Origin: the human T2T-CHM13v2.0 reference genome, Homo sapiens | DNA: 64,000 nucleotides | NCBI RefSeq assembly: GCF_009914755.1 | Contig: NC_060931.1 | Strand: one strand, 5' to 3' | In this document: positions 51,221 through 64,000 of the stretch, in pieces | How positions within the stretch are numbered: position 1 is the first letter of the stretch | Layout: every line of letters begins with the position of its first letter | Made by a program: the position numbers and the translations under genes | Notes under the pieces: generated by a model | Database searches by the model: none | What the model saw: the letters and a program-made list of their open reading frames with translations, nothing else | Told to the model about the DNA's origin: nothing

Positions 51221-52734
51221 GTTACAAGTTATCCTGGTAGAGTGGGCATGAAGGCCTCGGAGGCAGTGAGTAAATCTCATACTTCTGTTCTTGGTGGAAT
51301 CCTGGATCCCGGGGGCTGGGGACGTGGAAATGGGGAGAAACAAAGATAGAACAAACCCCAAGTTTTGTCTTGGGAAGCCTGCAGGTAAGGCGTTTAGATC
51401 TGAGAACTGGAGGGAGAGCCCCAGGCCGTGACAGCCTGGGCACCGTTTGGGCTAGGTTGTGTGTGGGCTGTGACGATGCTGGGAAACTCTGGTGCTGATA
51501 TCAGTGAGGTATCAGGTATCTGGTGCTGATACCAGCAACTGCTCCACGTTCTTCTGGATGGGCACCTGGAGCCAGTTCTGCAACCGTGGTGGCTCCTGAG
51601 CTTTGGCCAGTCCGAGGCAGCCATGGATGGGGGGCAGCGTGTGACTAGGCAGAGCAAACACTGTGCCAGGCCCTTGGCGTCATTAGTGCCCCCAAGCATT
51701 TGGGGAGAAGGGAGAGGCTAGGCAAATTGGATGTTGTTGGGCAGGGACAGTCAAGTGTCCTTTTCAGGTCTGGCTGCACAGTTAAGTAGCCTAGGGACAC
51801 CCTGGTTCAGACATGCCCATGGCCCCATCCTAAGGCCTCCTCATACCACAGTTTCCTGTTCTGTAAAGTGAGGAGTTTGGGCCATTGACCTTTCAGATCT
51901 GATGAGGGGAATATCCTCACACTACGTAGCTTCATGGAGAAGGTGGCCAGGAGTGACCTTGGGGAGTGGTAGGTCACTGTAAGGTGGAGAGGAGCAGGGA
52001 GGGTTCCCAGAAGCCCAGGGCAATGTGAGCACAGCCTCCAGGTTGAGAGGTCCTGTGGCAGGGTCTGATCAGGGAGCCCGAGCCTGAGGCCCACTGGGAG
52101 AGCAGGTCTAGGTTGGGAAGGACTGTGAGAGAGGGGCAGGTCCAGCAGGCACTGAAGCTGCAGTTTTTGTGCTGGGCTAGTGACACGGTGGAAGGGTGAT
52201 GTTAGGAGGACCAGTGTGCAGCTATGAGCTAGGAGGCTGCCCAGTTACAAGAGTCCTGGGTCAGCCCAGAAAGCTTTTCTCCATTGGTTGGGGGAAGGAG
52301 GTGAAGTGGGGCCCGAGGAGGAAGGCCGGTGGTGTGTGGGCAGAGCCAGCCAGTGGTGGCCTTCCTCCTCCCGAAGATGAGTTTTGTAGCCCAGGTGTTT
52401 GCACACTCACACTTGCTCACTCCCTCACACACAAAACCCTCACTCTTTGCTTTTTCTGGGGAGAGGGAGGCCACTGGCAGAAGCGCCTACCCTGGCCACA
52501 GTCAGTTCCCATTCTCATTTTCTAAGAATTTTATCACAAAACAGTTTGTCTTGAGGCTGAGATGGTGAGAGGCCTGGAAAGCATCTCTTACAGATTCCTG
52601 GAAGAGCTGGGATATATTTAGTCTGGAGCGAGAGAGACACCGGTGGTCAGGAGCAGTATGTGGAAGAGCTCAGCTGGCAGGCTCAGACCTGCAAGCGGGC
52701 ATTAGGCAGACAGGTCTGGCTGCAGTATTACTAA

Positions 52735-52965
52735 TCATAGCACTTAATATTCATAGTCCCCGCATTTGTTCTAGGCACTATTCCTGTATTTGTTTTGTCT
52801 TCACAATACCTCTATGAGGTAGGTTGTTATGATCCCAGTATTACAGATGAGTTCACTGAGGCCCAAATAGGTTAGGTTTGGCTGAGGTCTCATAACTAGT
52901 ATGAAACAAGGCAGGGATTGGAATTCTGGCAGCCTGGCTCCTGAGGCTAGGCCCCAGTCACCGTG
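52735..52965 (-). mobile_element. MIR
   Basis: attacagatgagttcactgaggccc...ggcagggattggaattctggcag. Confidence 0.8.
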
Positions 52966-53744
52966 CTCTGCCCCGGTCTCTGGGTCCGGAACCTCTTAAT
53001 GGCCACATCAGGTCAGCAGTGGTACCAGTGCAACCAACATAGCTGGTATCATGTTCTTACCTAGAGCTCAGACCTGCCTTGCCAGCTCTGTGTTGAGCCA
53101 TCAGAATGTCATGTGGGAACCCTCTGCCTGCCATGAACCAAAATTCCAGACTCCCAGAAGGAAAGCAGGGGTGTGGCACACACCACGTCATTTGCTCAGC
53201 CTAGGCACCTTGAGCCACTCCCATCATTTAGGGAATGGTGGGAAGCCTCCTGACACCTAAATACCTGGAAGCCAGCCTGAGCCCTCCTGGCAAGCAGGCC
53301 TTCCTAAGGACAGCGGTCTAGGGCTGCTCTGCACGCTCTTCTGCATAGACCCTGATGTTGGCTACATTTTCTCTGTTCCAAGATGCTAGGAAGAAATGTA
53401 AATAACTCTTTGAGAGAAGTTTTGGAGGGTGTCTGAGACTGTTCCTGAGAGGGAGTGACCATACCTGGGCCAGAGCCACAGAGGTTTGCTCAGGGAGAGT
53501 CTGCACATCGAGGCAGGAGGCAAAGGCTGCAGCATCTCACTGCCCATCAGCCTCTGGGCCTCCGGGCCTCAGGCAGGCAGTCACGGGAGGGGCTGCCCCT
53601 TGCCAGGGGTGTAGATGCAGCCTGGCCAGAGGGGAGCACTGGTAAGTGTGACTGCATGGGACAAGTTATCAGCTGTTCAGGGAGAACAGGCAGAGAGCCC
53701 GGCAGTAAGTGGACAACAAGGCTGCCGGTTAGTGGCAGGGACAG

Positions 53745-54732
<988 letters not shown>

Positions 54733-54914
54733 GAAGGATTATTTTGTAAAGAAACATAGACAAAAATGCTCGTGTTATTTTAAAAAGCCACAGGGTAGGA
54801 GGAGATGAGTACAGAGAATAGGAGATAGGAGTACAGGGTGTAAAGGAGCCTGGTGACCCAAAGCTTCCAAGGGCAACCCCAGGTTTCTTCTGAGCACTTC
54901 TCTAAACCCAGCAC

Positions 54915-55300
54915 ACAAACTAGGTGGACAGCAAGAATGTCTTCTCTCACAGCCCTGCAGACCCGAAGCCCTACGTCACAGTGTGGGCAGGCCACACTCC
55001 CTCTGAAGGCTCTGGGCCAGGATCCTTCTTGCCTCTTGTGGCTTCTGGTGGCCCTGGGCATTCCTTGGCTTGTGGCTGCATGACTGTAGTCTCTGCCTGT
55101 CTTCACACAGCTTTCTTCTTTTGTGTCTGTCTCTGTGTCTCTTCTGATAAGGAATGAGTCATACTGGACTAAGGGTCCCCCCTACTTAGGAGTATGACCT
55201 CATCTTAAGTAATTCCATCTGCAGGGACTCTGTTTCTAAATAAGGTCCTACTTACAGGCGTGAGGGTTAGGACTTCAGCGTGTCTCTGCAGAGACACAGC
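54915..55300 (-). mobile_element. MLT1 LTR
   Basis: ccacactccctctgaaggctct...gcttctggtggcc...catctgcagggactctgtttctaaataaggtc. Confidence 0.85.
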
Positions 55301-55463
55301 TCACCCCCAGCACTGTCTCTTGAGGGGATTCCTGCATGTCAGACCCTGGCTATTATCCTGGAGTGTGCGCCTGGAGGCCTAGGTGGGGTTACCAAGTGCA
55401 GGGACAGCTAGGCTGTCCCCTCTGGGATGGAACAACCAACCCCCCCGGAGACTGTGCCTGCAG

Positions 55464-55590
55464 GTGTCCATCACCTTCAAGGACTTGGCCGTGCGGTTCT
55501 CGGAGGAGGAGTGGCGGCTCCTGGAGGAGGGGCAGAGGGAGTTCTACCGAGACGTGATGCGGGAGAACTACGAGACGCTGGTCTCTGTGG
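55464..55590 (+). CDS. KRBA1: KRBA1 exon 2, KRAB-A box
   Basis: 127-nt exon (usual KRAB-A size), [42 protein letters not shown]; cag|...|gtaagg. Confidence 0.95.
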
Positions 55591-55925
55591 GTAAGGACGG
55601 GAGGGAGCAGCACGTGTGGCAGGAGCCTGGTGGGCGGTGGAAGGGAGGCCGGAGTCCCTGGACCCGGCAGCCTTAGTCTTTCCACCTGAGAAATGAACAC
55701 GGGGATCGTTCACGCTGCTGCTATTCTATGTCCCGGGACCGGGTTCTAGGTACAATTCGGTGGGGGTATGCGGCGGCCTCTGAGGTTCCGACCACTCTGC
55801 GGTTCTTTGAGTTTAAGTGGTCACATGAATGTGCACAGACCTGCAGGGGCCTGGGCTGCTATGCAACTGTGTGCGAAGCGGAGACCACTCCATTCCCAGG
55901 GCCACAGTTCCCTCTTCTTTCCCAG

Positions 55926-56045
55926 GGACAGCTGAGCTGCTCCCCCTCTCTGCTTTCCTGTCACCCTCAGAGCCTGGAAGAGCTGTTGGGGGAGGGAGCC
56001 ACGCTGATGAGGGGCAGGAGCCTGCTGGTTGTGGAGATCCCCAGG
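55926..56045 (+). CDS. KRBA1: KRBA1 exon 3
   Basis: GTAELLPLSAFLSP...GCGDPQ; AG/GT, 120 nt, phase 1-1. Confidence 0.9.
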
Positions 56046-56752
56046 GTAAGTTATCTGTCAGACTTTGGGTGTCTCCTCCCACTCATCGGTCCTCAGCCCC
56101 AGGCAATGCGTGACCTCAGCCTACTCAGTCCAGCCTCTCACCTCCCTGCCTCCCCTACTGCAACCTCCCAAGCTTTCACCCCTCATCCCTCTGGGCTGGA
56201 AGCCTGTTATGCAGAGAAGCACTCAGAGAAAGCCTGGGGTCACCCTGGAGAGTACCTCCTGCCTCAGGCCCCCCACCCACCACCACCCTGAAGCCTTATC
56301 ACAGCCACCCCTGCAGAACCTGCTCCAGCTCCCAAAAGTCCTGCCACGAGGCTTACATCCCAAGACCTCAGATGGTGGATGTGCTCCACCGGCCCAGACT
56401 GGGCAAGGCCAGGCATTTAGGGGGTGCCAGGAAAGGCAGAGGGCCCAGATGGTGGAAGAAGTGTAGCGGCAGCCCGCCTGGGCATTCCCCTGGGAGGCAT
56501 GGAGATTAATGAGTAACGTAGAACAGAGGAGCCCTGTTACCCAGGCCCCGCCCCCATGCCCTGGCTGTCCCTTGGCCAGAGCGCCTGGCCTGAGCCCAGG
56601 TCCTCTATATCTCATGGGACATGGTGTCTCCTCTGGCTGCTCCTCATGTGGCTGGGAGGATTACGTGAGATGCTGGGTGTGAAAACACGCACGTAGGTGT
56701 GAGTGCTGAGCAGCCGCAGGGGTGCGGGGGGGTCACTGTGGCCTCTCTGCAG

Positions 56753-56908
56753 GGGGACAGCCCCGGCACAGCCTGCACCTCACAGCCCTGGTGCAGCTGG
56801 TGAAGGAGATCCCAGAGTTCTTGTTTGGAGAAGTCAAGGGCGCTATGGACAGCCCCGAGAGCGAGAGCCGGGGAGCCAGCCTGGATGGAGAGAGAGCGAG
56901 CCCCGAGG
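56753..56908 (+). CDS. KRBA1: KRBA1 exon 4
   Basis: GGQPRHSLHLTALVQLVKEIPEFLF...ASPE; 156 nt, phase 1-1. Confidence 0.92.
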
Positions 56909-57297
56909 GTAAGTCAGACAGTGGGGCAGTGCACGCAGCCTCCTCTGCACTCCGCATGATGAAGCACAAGTCCACGGCACTGCACTGCATGTGGGCTTGC
57001 AGGCACAGGCCGGGAGGCAGAGTCACCTGCTGTTCCTCGTGGCTAGGCCGTGTGCCGCCCTCTGAGCACATGCCCATAGCTGGCGAGAGGGCAGCTCTGA
57101 CTTTCGCATGGTGGTTTCTGTGTGGCTTTGTCACCCTCCACCCACCATGGCCCCATTCAGAGCCCAGTGATGACAACACATAGGTGGCTGACATCCTGGT
57201 CATTGTTAGTACATGGCAAGGAAAGGACCCAGAATGTGACAGTGTGACAATGTTAGGGGCATCTTACCAGTTGTTGATTCTCCCTCTTTCCCGACAG

Positions 57298-57453
57298 CAG
57301 CTGCGGCAAGAGAGCCCTGCCCTCTCCGAGGCCTGCTCAGCTGCCTTCCAGACGGCCCTACCAGCCAGCCCCACCTGGCCACCACGCCCACCGACAGCTC
57401 GTGTTCCAGTGGCCCAACTGGTGACGGGGTCCAGGGAAGTCCTCTCCCCATCA
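57298..57453 (+). CDS. KRBA1: KRBA1 exon 5
   Basis: AAAAREPCPLRGLLSCLPDGP...SPLPI; 156 nt; CAGCAG acceptor. Confidence 0.9.
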
Positions 57454-58339
57454 GTGAGTCTGACACAGCAGGGACAGGGAGAACCAGCATTTCAAAAGCC
57501 CTGATCGTGGCGTCAGAGGACCTGGACCCTGTGCCCTCTTCATTTTTTTCTAGGACTCAGTTCCCCTGTTGTGCTGTTCTTTTGTTAACAAAGTACGCCA
57601 GGGAGCAGGACAACATATTTAGCCTCTGGTGTAACCACCAAAGAGGAGGCATGATGCTCAGCCCCTGGGGAGCCTGTCATCCCGCCCCGATCACTGAGCA
57701 CTTTGTACACAGAAAGTCTCCGGCAGTTTCTAACATGCAGGCCCACGGCCAGCAGCATTGACCTACCTGTGTGCACTGGTCTGATCCTTAGACCGTCTCA
57801 TCACAGCAACCCTAACTGCAGAGCAGGGCAAGGGGAGCTCCTAGGATTTCTCTGGGGTCTCATTTTATTTTTAAAACTTCTCACAAATTTTGCATGTCTG
57901 TTTTTATAAAAAAGTACTTCAAATTTATATGGAATAAAATTGGCACTCCCAAAGAGCATACCCCATTTAGCTGTGGTTTCATCTGGTGTTCAGGGGTCGT
58001 CGGGCACACTTGCTCTGGGGTTCTGTGTGCCCTGTGTGTGCCCTGGTTTGAGAAGCGTGAGTGTGAGATTGTGGCCTACATGTCAAGGCTGCCGGCATCA
58101 CTTCCTGAGCCAAATTCCGAGGCTGGGCTCAGGGGGAAGGGTCTGGGAGTGTTCACAGTGAACCAACAGTCTTGCTGTTTCCAGTTAAACCAGAAAGAAA
58201 CGGTAAAGGCCCTCAGCCCACCTCGAACAGGGACTTGGGTGGCTGGAGAGGGCTGTCCTCTATGGGAACCAGATCTGGTGTGATTTTCCAGAGTCTGGAG
58301 CTGGGGCTAGAAAGGCCCTCTTGTCTTCTCCTGCAACAG

Positions 58340-58471
58340 AAACTGCCGACAAACCGTGGCCTACAAGGAAGGAAGGCCCAGGAGCCCTGGGCGGGGAGCC
58401 CAGCCCTCCCACCCATAGCCCCAGCAGGAGGAAGAGCCACAGAGGACAGGAGAGAGGGACCTCAGAGGCCG
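58340..58471 (+). CDS. KRBA1: KRBA1 exon 6
   Basis: KTADKPWPTRKEGP...GTSEA; 132 nt. Confidence 0.88.
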
Positions 58472-58700
58472 GTGAGAGGCGGGCTTTCCTTAGTGGGGTA
58501 GCGATGGGGAAGTGTGTTTAGTTCACACGAGGAGGTCATGCTGCTCCGCCGCCTGGGCCTGGTGGCAGCTCCACCGGGCAGGCCTTGTCTGCATTCTCAC
58601 GGGTGGGAATCTCAGCCGCCCGGAGACCTGAATGCCTGCCAGCGCTCCCGGTGTCCCGTCAGGACTGCACTGACCCAGGCCCACCTTGCATGTGCCACAG

Positions 58701-58874
58701 GAATTTCTCCTGGGAACAGCCCCTTGCAAGGCCTCATCAACTGTCTGAAGGAAATCCTTGTGCCTGGGCCCCGGCACCCCGAGACATCCCCAAGCTTCTT
58801 GCCACCTCTCCCTAGCCTGGGCACGTCCAGGCTAACCAGAGCAGACCTGGGGCCTGGGAGCCCGCCCTGGGCAG
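58701..58874 (+). CDS. KRBA1: KRBA1 exon 7
   Basis: GISPGNSPLQGLINCLKEILV...SPPWA; 174 nt. Confidence 0.92.
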
Positions 58875-59652
58875 GTGAGTTCTGGGGCCTCAGGCTGAGG
58901 TCTCTGAAGCTTGGTTTGCATTTCAACAGCGATTCCTCCTGCTCCAAACTGTCTCCCTTAGGGATCGTTACCAGCTTGGTCGCTGCTGTGTTGCCAGTGT
59001 CACCTTTCTGGAGCCAGGTGGCTCTCTTAAGGGCAGCGTTTGGTCAGCTGGGAAAAGGAAACTCGGAAGCAGGCTTTGCCCTGGTTTCTTCATGTCTCTT
59101 CCTCCTCCTGACTTGGGACCCGAGGGGAAGAGCTGCAGAGCTCATGTGTTGCTTTGCATTGACGCCAGGCATGATGCATGGGGTGGGCTTGGGCTCTGGA
59201 CAGCATGGTGGAGGGGCCGGGGCACAGGTCTTGGAGTCAGACCCGGAGAGGCTCCTGATGCCTTGAGCCTAGGCTGTTCCCACTCACAGGGCCGCAGTGA
59301 GCTTAGCTGCAGTAATGTACTTACTGTACAACTCCATTTTCCTCAAATGTAAGTTCTGTTCAGGACCCCAGAGCTGTCTCAAACAGTGACCCTGACAGCC
59401 CACTTCCTTCAATTTGTCCTCAGAGTGATGCCACTTGTCTGCCTGCAGGGCGAATTCCATGGCTTCCCTCTTTGCCCTGTCCGGTTCTGGCAGGTGTGTG
59501 GACCCAGGCACTGGGAAGACTCAGCGAGCCACTGGAAGAGCCTCATCTTCAGAGTTGGCCCCACGCCCTTCTAACTTGTCCCCTGTTTGTTGTTTGTCAT
59601 GAAGGCTGAGGACACTGAGCTCCAGGTGAAAACATGTTCCTTTTTCCTTTAG

Positions 59653-59808
59653 TGAAGACCGAGGCGGTTTCAGGGGATTGTCCCCTCCAGGGTCTGCTAC
59701 ACTGTCTGAAGGAGCTCCCCGAGGCCCAGGACAGGCATCCCAGTCCCTCAGGAGTGGGGAACCGACGGCTACAGGAGAATCCAGGAGCCTGGAAAAGGGG
59801 TTCTGGAG
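59653..59808 (+). CDS. KRBA1: KRBA1 exon 8
   Basis: VKTEAVSGDCPLQGLLHCLKELP...KRGSG; 156 nt. Confidence 0.92.
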
Positions 59809-60570
59809 GTAAAGGCTTCTCGCTGGGCTGGGAGGGCCCCCAGACATCCTACATTACCCTGCCCCAGGCAGGGCTGTAGGTGGCCCCCACCACAAACACT
59901 CAGGCCCCCATATTGGCCTGTCGGGAAGAGGATCCGGATGCGGGGGATCCCCACTGTGTAAGTGGAGCGAGCTGTGTGGGAGGGGCTCGGTCAGCGCTTG
60001 ATAATTCTCAGGCTGGCTCTTAGAGGAGGAGCTGGACGTTCTGAAAGGAAAGTGGGGAGGGAGCGAGATCAAGAAATAGAGGATGGAGCTCTAGCCCAGC
60101 ACACACGCAGCTCCTCATTGTGGCTTGGGGTCCTGTGTGTTTGGGTCAGGTTTCTGCCATGTGTGTGAGAGCTGGGAACCCCAAATCCTAATTATACCCA
60201 CCCAGCCCACACAGGGGTTCGTGTTCCGTGCATGTCACCTCAGCTTGTTAGCTTCTCAGAACAAAGCCCTGAGCAGCTGGGTTGAGTCAGGTGTGCTGGC
60301 CATGGAGAAAGACATGATTGGTGCTGTCTGGGGAGGGCTGACTTCATGCCTGGTAGAAACCTTGGAGGCACCCCAAGGGGCCATGGTAGGGGAGGAGGCG
60401 TGTGACTCAGGTCTCTGCTGGTGATTGACAAGTGACAGCAGTCTGAGCCGGTGACTGCCGTGGAGGCACAGGGGCTTTGGAAGCCCCTCCTAACCCTATA
60501 AAGGCCTCAAGGGATTCTCAGGGTGAGTCCAGGCCTGAACCTTGGGCTTCCCAATGGCCTCCTCCCGCAG

Positions 60571-60768
60571 GGCCTGGATACCTCCTGACCCCTCCTCCCC
60601 ATCCTGATCTTGGAGCTGGCGGTCTGCTCTCTGTGAAGATGGAGAACAGCTGGGTCCAGAGCCCCCCAGGACCTGCATCCTGTCAGCCTGGCAGGCAGCC
60701 CCTCAGTCCCTCAGCCACTGGAGACACCAGAGGGGTCCCCCAACCCAGCTGGGGCCCTGAGGCTCAAG
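60571..60768 (+). CDS. KRBA1: KRBA1 exon 9
   Basis: GPGYLLTPPPHP...SVKMENSW...GPEAQ; 198 nt. Confidence 0.88.
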
Positions 60769-61233
60769 GTGAGGCCTGAGATTGGCTGCTCTGGTGGTCT
60801 TCCCCATGGGCTTGTCAGTCCCTGGCAAGGTTCCACTAACCCCAGGGAAGCAGCTCTCAGCAGGGAGCCGCCCCCTGGCCTTTCTTCCCAAGCAGTGAAT
60901 CCCTTCATCCACAGCCTCCTCAGCCCAGGCCTTTGTCCAAGCCCCCGCTGCCTCGGGGCCTTCGTTTTGCAGTGATTCCTGGCCCTGAAAGCTACCCCTG
61001 CTGACATGTGGCCCTCCTCACTCCCCTCCTGTCTTCATGCCTTCCAGGGAGCAGGGTGGGGGGCGAGAGCCGATCAGTCTCCCACAGAAGGGTTTCCTGC
61101 CTGGCAGGTGCCAGAGCCTGGTACAGGACTCGTCACCCCTGTAGAAAGCACGTCGGGTAGAGCCAGCCAGGGGTCTGATGGGCAAGGCTGGAATGTGTGG
61201 GAGATGGTAACAGGGTGCTCTCTCCTGTTCCAG

Positions 61234-61407
61234 CTGCCAGTGCCTCAAGCTCACCGCTGGAAGCCCTGGAAGCCTGTCTGAAGGGCATTCCCCCAAATGG
61301 GTCGTCACCTTCCCAGCTGCCACCCACTTCTTGTTCCCAGAACCCCCAGCCAGGAGACTCTAGGTCTCAGAAGCCTGAACTGCAACCCCACAGATCACAC
61401 AGTGAAG
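61234..61407 (+). CDS. KRBA1: KRBA1 exon 10
   Basis: AASASSSPLEALEACLKGIP...RSHSE; 174 nt. Confidence 0.92.
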
Positions 61408-61805
61408 GTAGATTGTGGCCATGGGCGCGGGGTGGCATGTCCCTGAGCGTGGCAGCGGAGGCAGATGCTGAGGACTGTCGGGTCATTGTGTTCCCCGGCC
61501 TCCTGAGACACAGGCCCGTTCCCCCAGGCTGCCTTTCATACTCACCCCCAAACAGCCGCCCGCATGTGCTGAAAGCCAGTGCAGATCTTCCTGCCCTACT
61601 TCCTTCTCTCAGAACTCTCTCCAGTCACGAGACTCACTGTGGGGTTTCTGTGGGTCACGTGCTATGGGAGTTGAATCAGTGCCACAGGGAAACCCTAGTG
61701 GGAGATACTTTGGGGCAGGGTCTTCTGGTGCCCGTGCACCCCATGGCCCAGGAGTCTCTTCTCCAGTGAGCCTCCTGGTGACCACAACTGTGCTGTTCCC
61801 TACAG

Positions 61806-61979
61806 AAGCGACCAGAGAGCCTGTTCTGCCTCTGGGTCTGCAGAGCTGTGTGAGAGATGGCCCCAGCAGGCCCCTGGCCCCCCGAGGAACCCCCACCAGC
61901 TTCTCCTCATCCAGCAGCACCGACTGGGACCTGGATTTTGGGAGTCCTGTGGGGAACCAGGGGCAGCATCCTGGAAAAG
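61806..61979 (+). CDS. KRBA1: KRBA1 exon 11 (gene continues beyond window)
   Basis: EATREPVLPLGLQSCVRDGP...QHPGK; 174 nt; no stop codon reached. Confidence 0.9.
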
Positions 61980-62232
61980 GTGAGCTGGGCCAGCCCGAGG
62001 CTGGGGTTCATCCTGGGAGAGGACTCAAGGCCCCTTGCCCAGTCCCTCTGGCTTGACTGGGTCAGACCCCCATGCCCGTGCTGGGAGCAGAGCCAGGGAT
62101 ACTGAGGCAGGAGCAGATGCGGGACTTATCTTGGGTGGGTTGTGGGAGCCTAGGGTGGAGAGGGGGCTCCGTTTTAGTGACTTGTCTTAGAAGGGACAGG
62201 ACAATGTCTAAGATTTCTTTTAAAATCTTTTT

Positions 62233-62868
<636 letters not shown>

Positions 62869-64000
62869 TTACCCCAGCCACAAAGAATTGCCTGTAATAT
62901 CAAACTGACCCCCAACTTAGGAAAACATACAGTGAGGTTCATGTCAGAAACATTTCAGCGTGTGCTTGGTGACCTGTGCCTCCCCGGGTCACTCCAGTCG
63001 AGTTGCTCCTGCAGACTTGGGGATCTTGCAGGACTCCAGCATCCCCTCTTGGCCTTTTTATTTCCCCCACCTGGTTAATCCGAGTCCTCTTGGTCTGTGT
63101 TGTCCTGCCGACACCACTCCCTCCGTGCTCACCTGTGTCCTGACTGCCAATGTATTTACTGAACAGGCCTCTCACAGCAGCCACAGCTCTGGCCAGGCCT
63201 GTGGGGCCTGTAGAACAGGCCTGGGGCCTGCCAGTGTCCACAGCAGCCTGAATTCCCAAGCCCCACTATGGGTTAGCCGCTTGGGTGTGGGGCTTTTCCC
63301 CTATAGTGCAACTGACTTCATAGGTAATATGATCACATAGCTTTGTTCAAAAGCTATAAAAGGTTATGTAGGGAAAATGAAGCCTTCGGCACTCCAGCCC
63401 CTCCTGCCACTGCTGTGAGTTCACTCCCCTCCTCCTCCTCACACAGAGGGCAGCATCTATACATGCCCCCTCCAGGCTGCCTTTGTCGTCAGCATTTGTC
63501 TTTGACCCCTTTCTATACTTTTCATGTTCCTTGGCCACTAGCACCAGTTTCTTCTTTTGGACAGCAGCGTGGTATTCGGTAGCATGCTTCATGTGTTCTG
63601 CCTGGGCAGACTTTGTTTACTAAGTAACCCAAACTGCAGGATATTTCACACTGCCTGTCAGAAGCTTCCAGCCAACTCCCGGCTCCCTCTGTTGCCCCAG
63701 AACTCAGCGAACGTGCTGTGGAGAAAATGCATGTGGGGGTCCTCTGGTTTCCAGCCCTTCCTGGTCTGGAAGGGCTGGTCCCTGCCCTTCCAGCCTGTGG
63801 ACATTCAGAAGTTCTGAGGTTGCCCTCCCGCCCTGTGCCTGGGCCCAGAGTCGTCAGCAAATGCTGTCGGGAAAGAGAGTGGCAGCACTGTCTGCTTTAT
63901 TAGGAAGGGCTCTCCTCACTCTAGAGTTTCAGTCCATCTAGTTCCTGTTACTCGCACAGCTGTCACTGGAAATAGGATGTTTGCAGTGTGTTTAGTTCTT

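Noticed and set aside
58514-59266. 250-aa ORF
   Set aside because: KRBA1 exon 7 frame extended into both flanking introns

Overview
Repeat-rich primate (very probably human) genomic DNA. Its content matches what I recall of the 7q36.1 tRNA-Cys cluster and KRBA1 locus; that assignment is from memory, not a database search. The left ~49 kb is intergenic. It holds three full-length tRNA-Cys(GCA) genes (743-814 +, 27095-27166 -, 43584-43655 +) and at least three decayed tRNA-Cys relics. It also holds a deleted HERV-W provirus (7503-13135) with an intact capsid+nucleocapsid ORF and a tRNA-Ile primer site, a MER41 provirus, MER11/MER52/other solo LTRs, a hAT (Charlie/Buster) transposase fossil, old L1s and ~25 Alus. 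The right part is the CpG-island promoter and first 11 coding exons of KRBA1 (KRAB-A exon followed by symmetric phase-1 repeat exons); the gene runs off the window. I see no demonstrably new biological system. The best leads are: (i) a tRNA-Cys gene with C73 instead of the U73 identity base, (ii) a birth-and-death series of tRNA-Cys cassettes sharing an upstream block, (iii) several short locally templated insertions, (iv) the HERV-W CA-NC ORF and Ile PBS, and (v) the modular LxxLL-like exon array of KRBA1. Repeat boundaries and subfamily names were judged by eye and are approximate.
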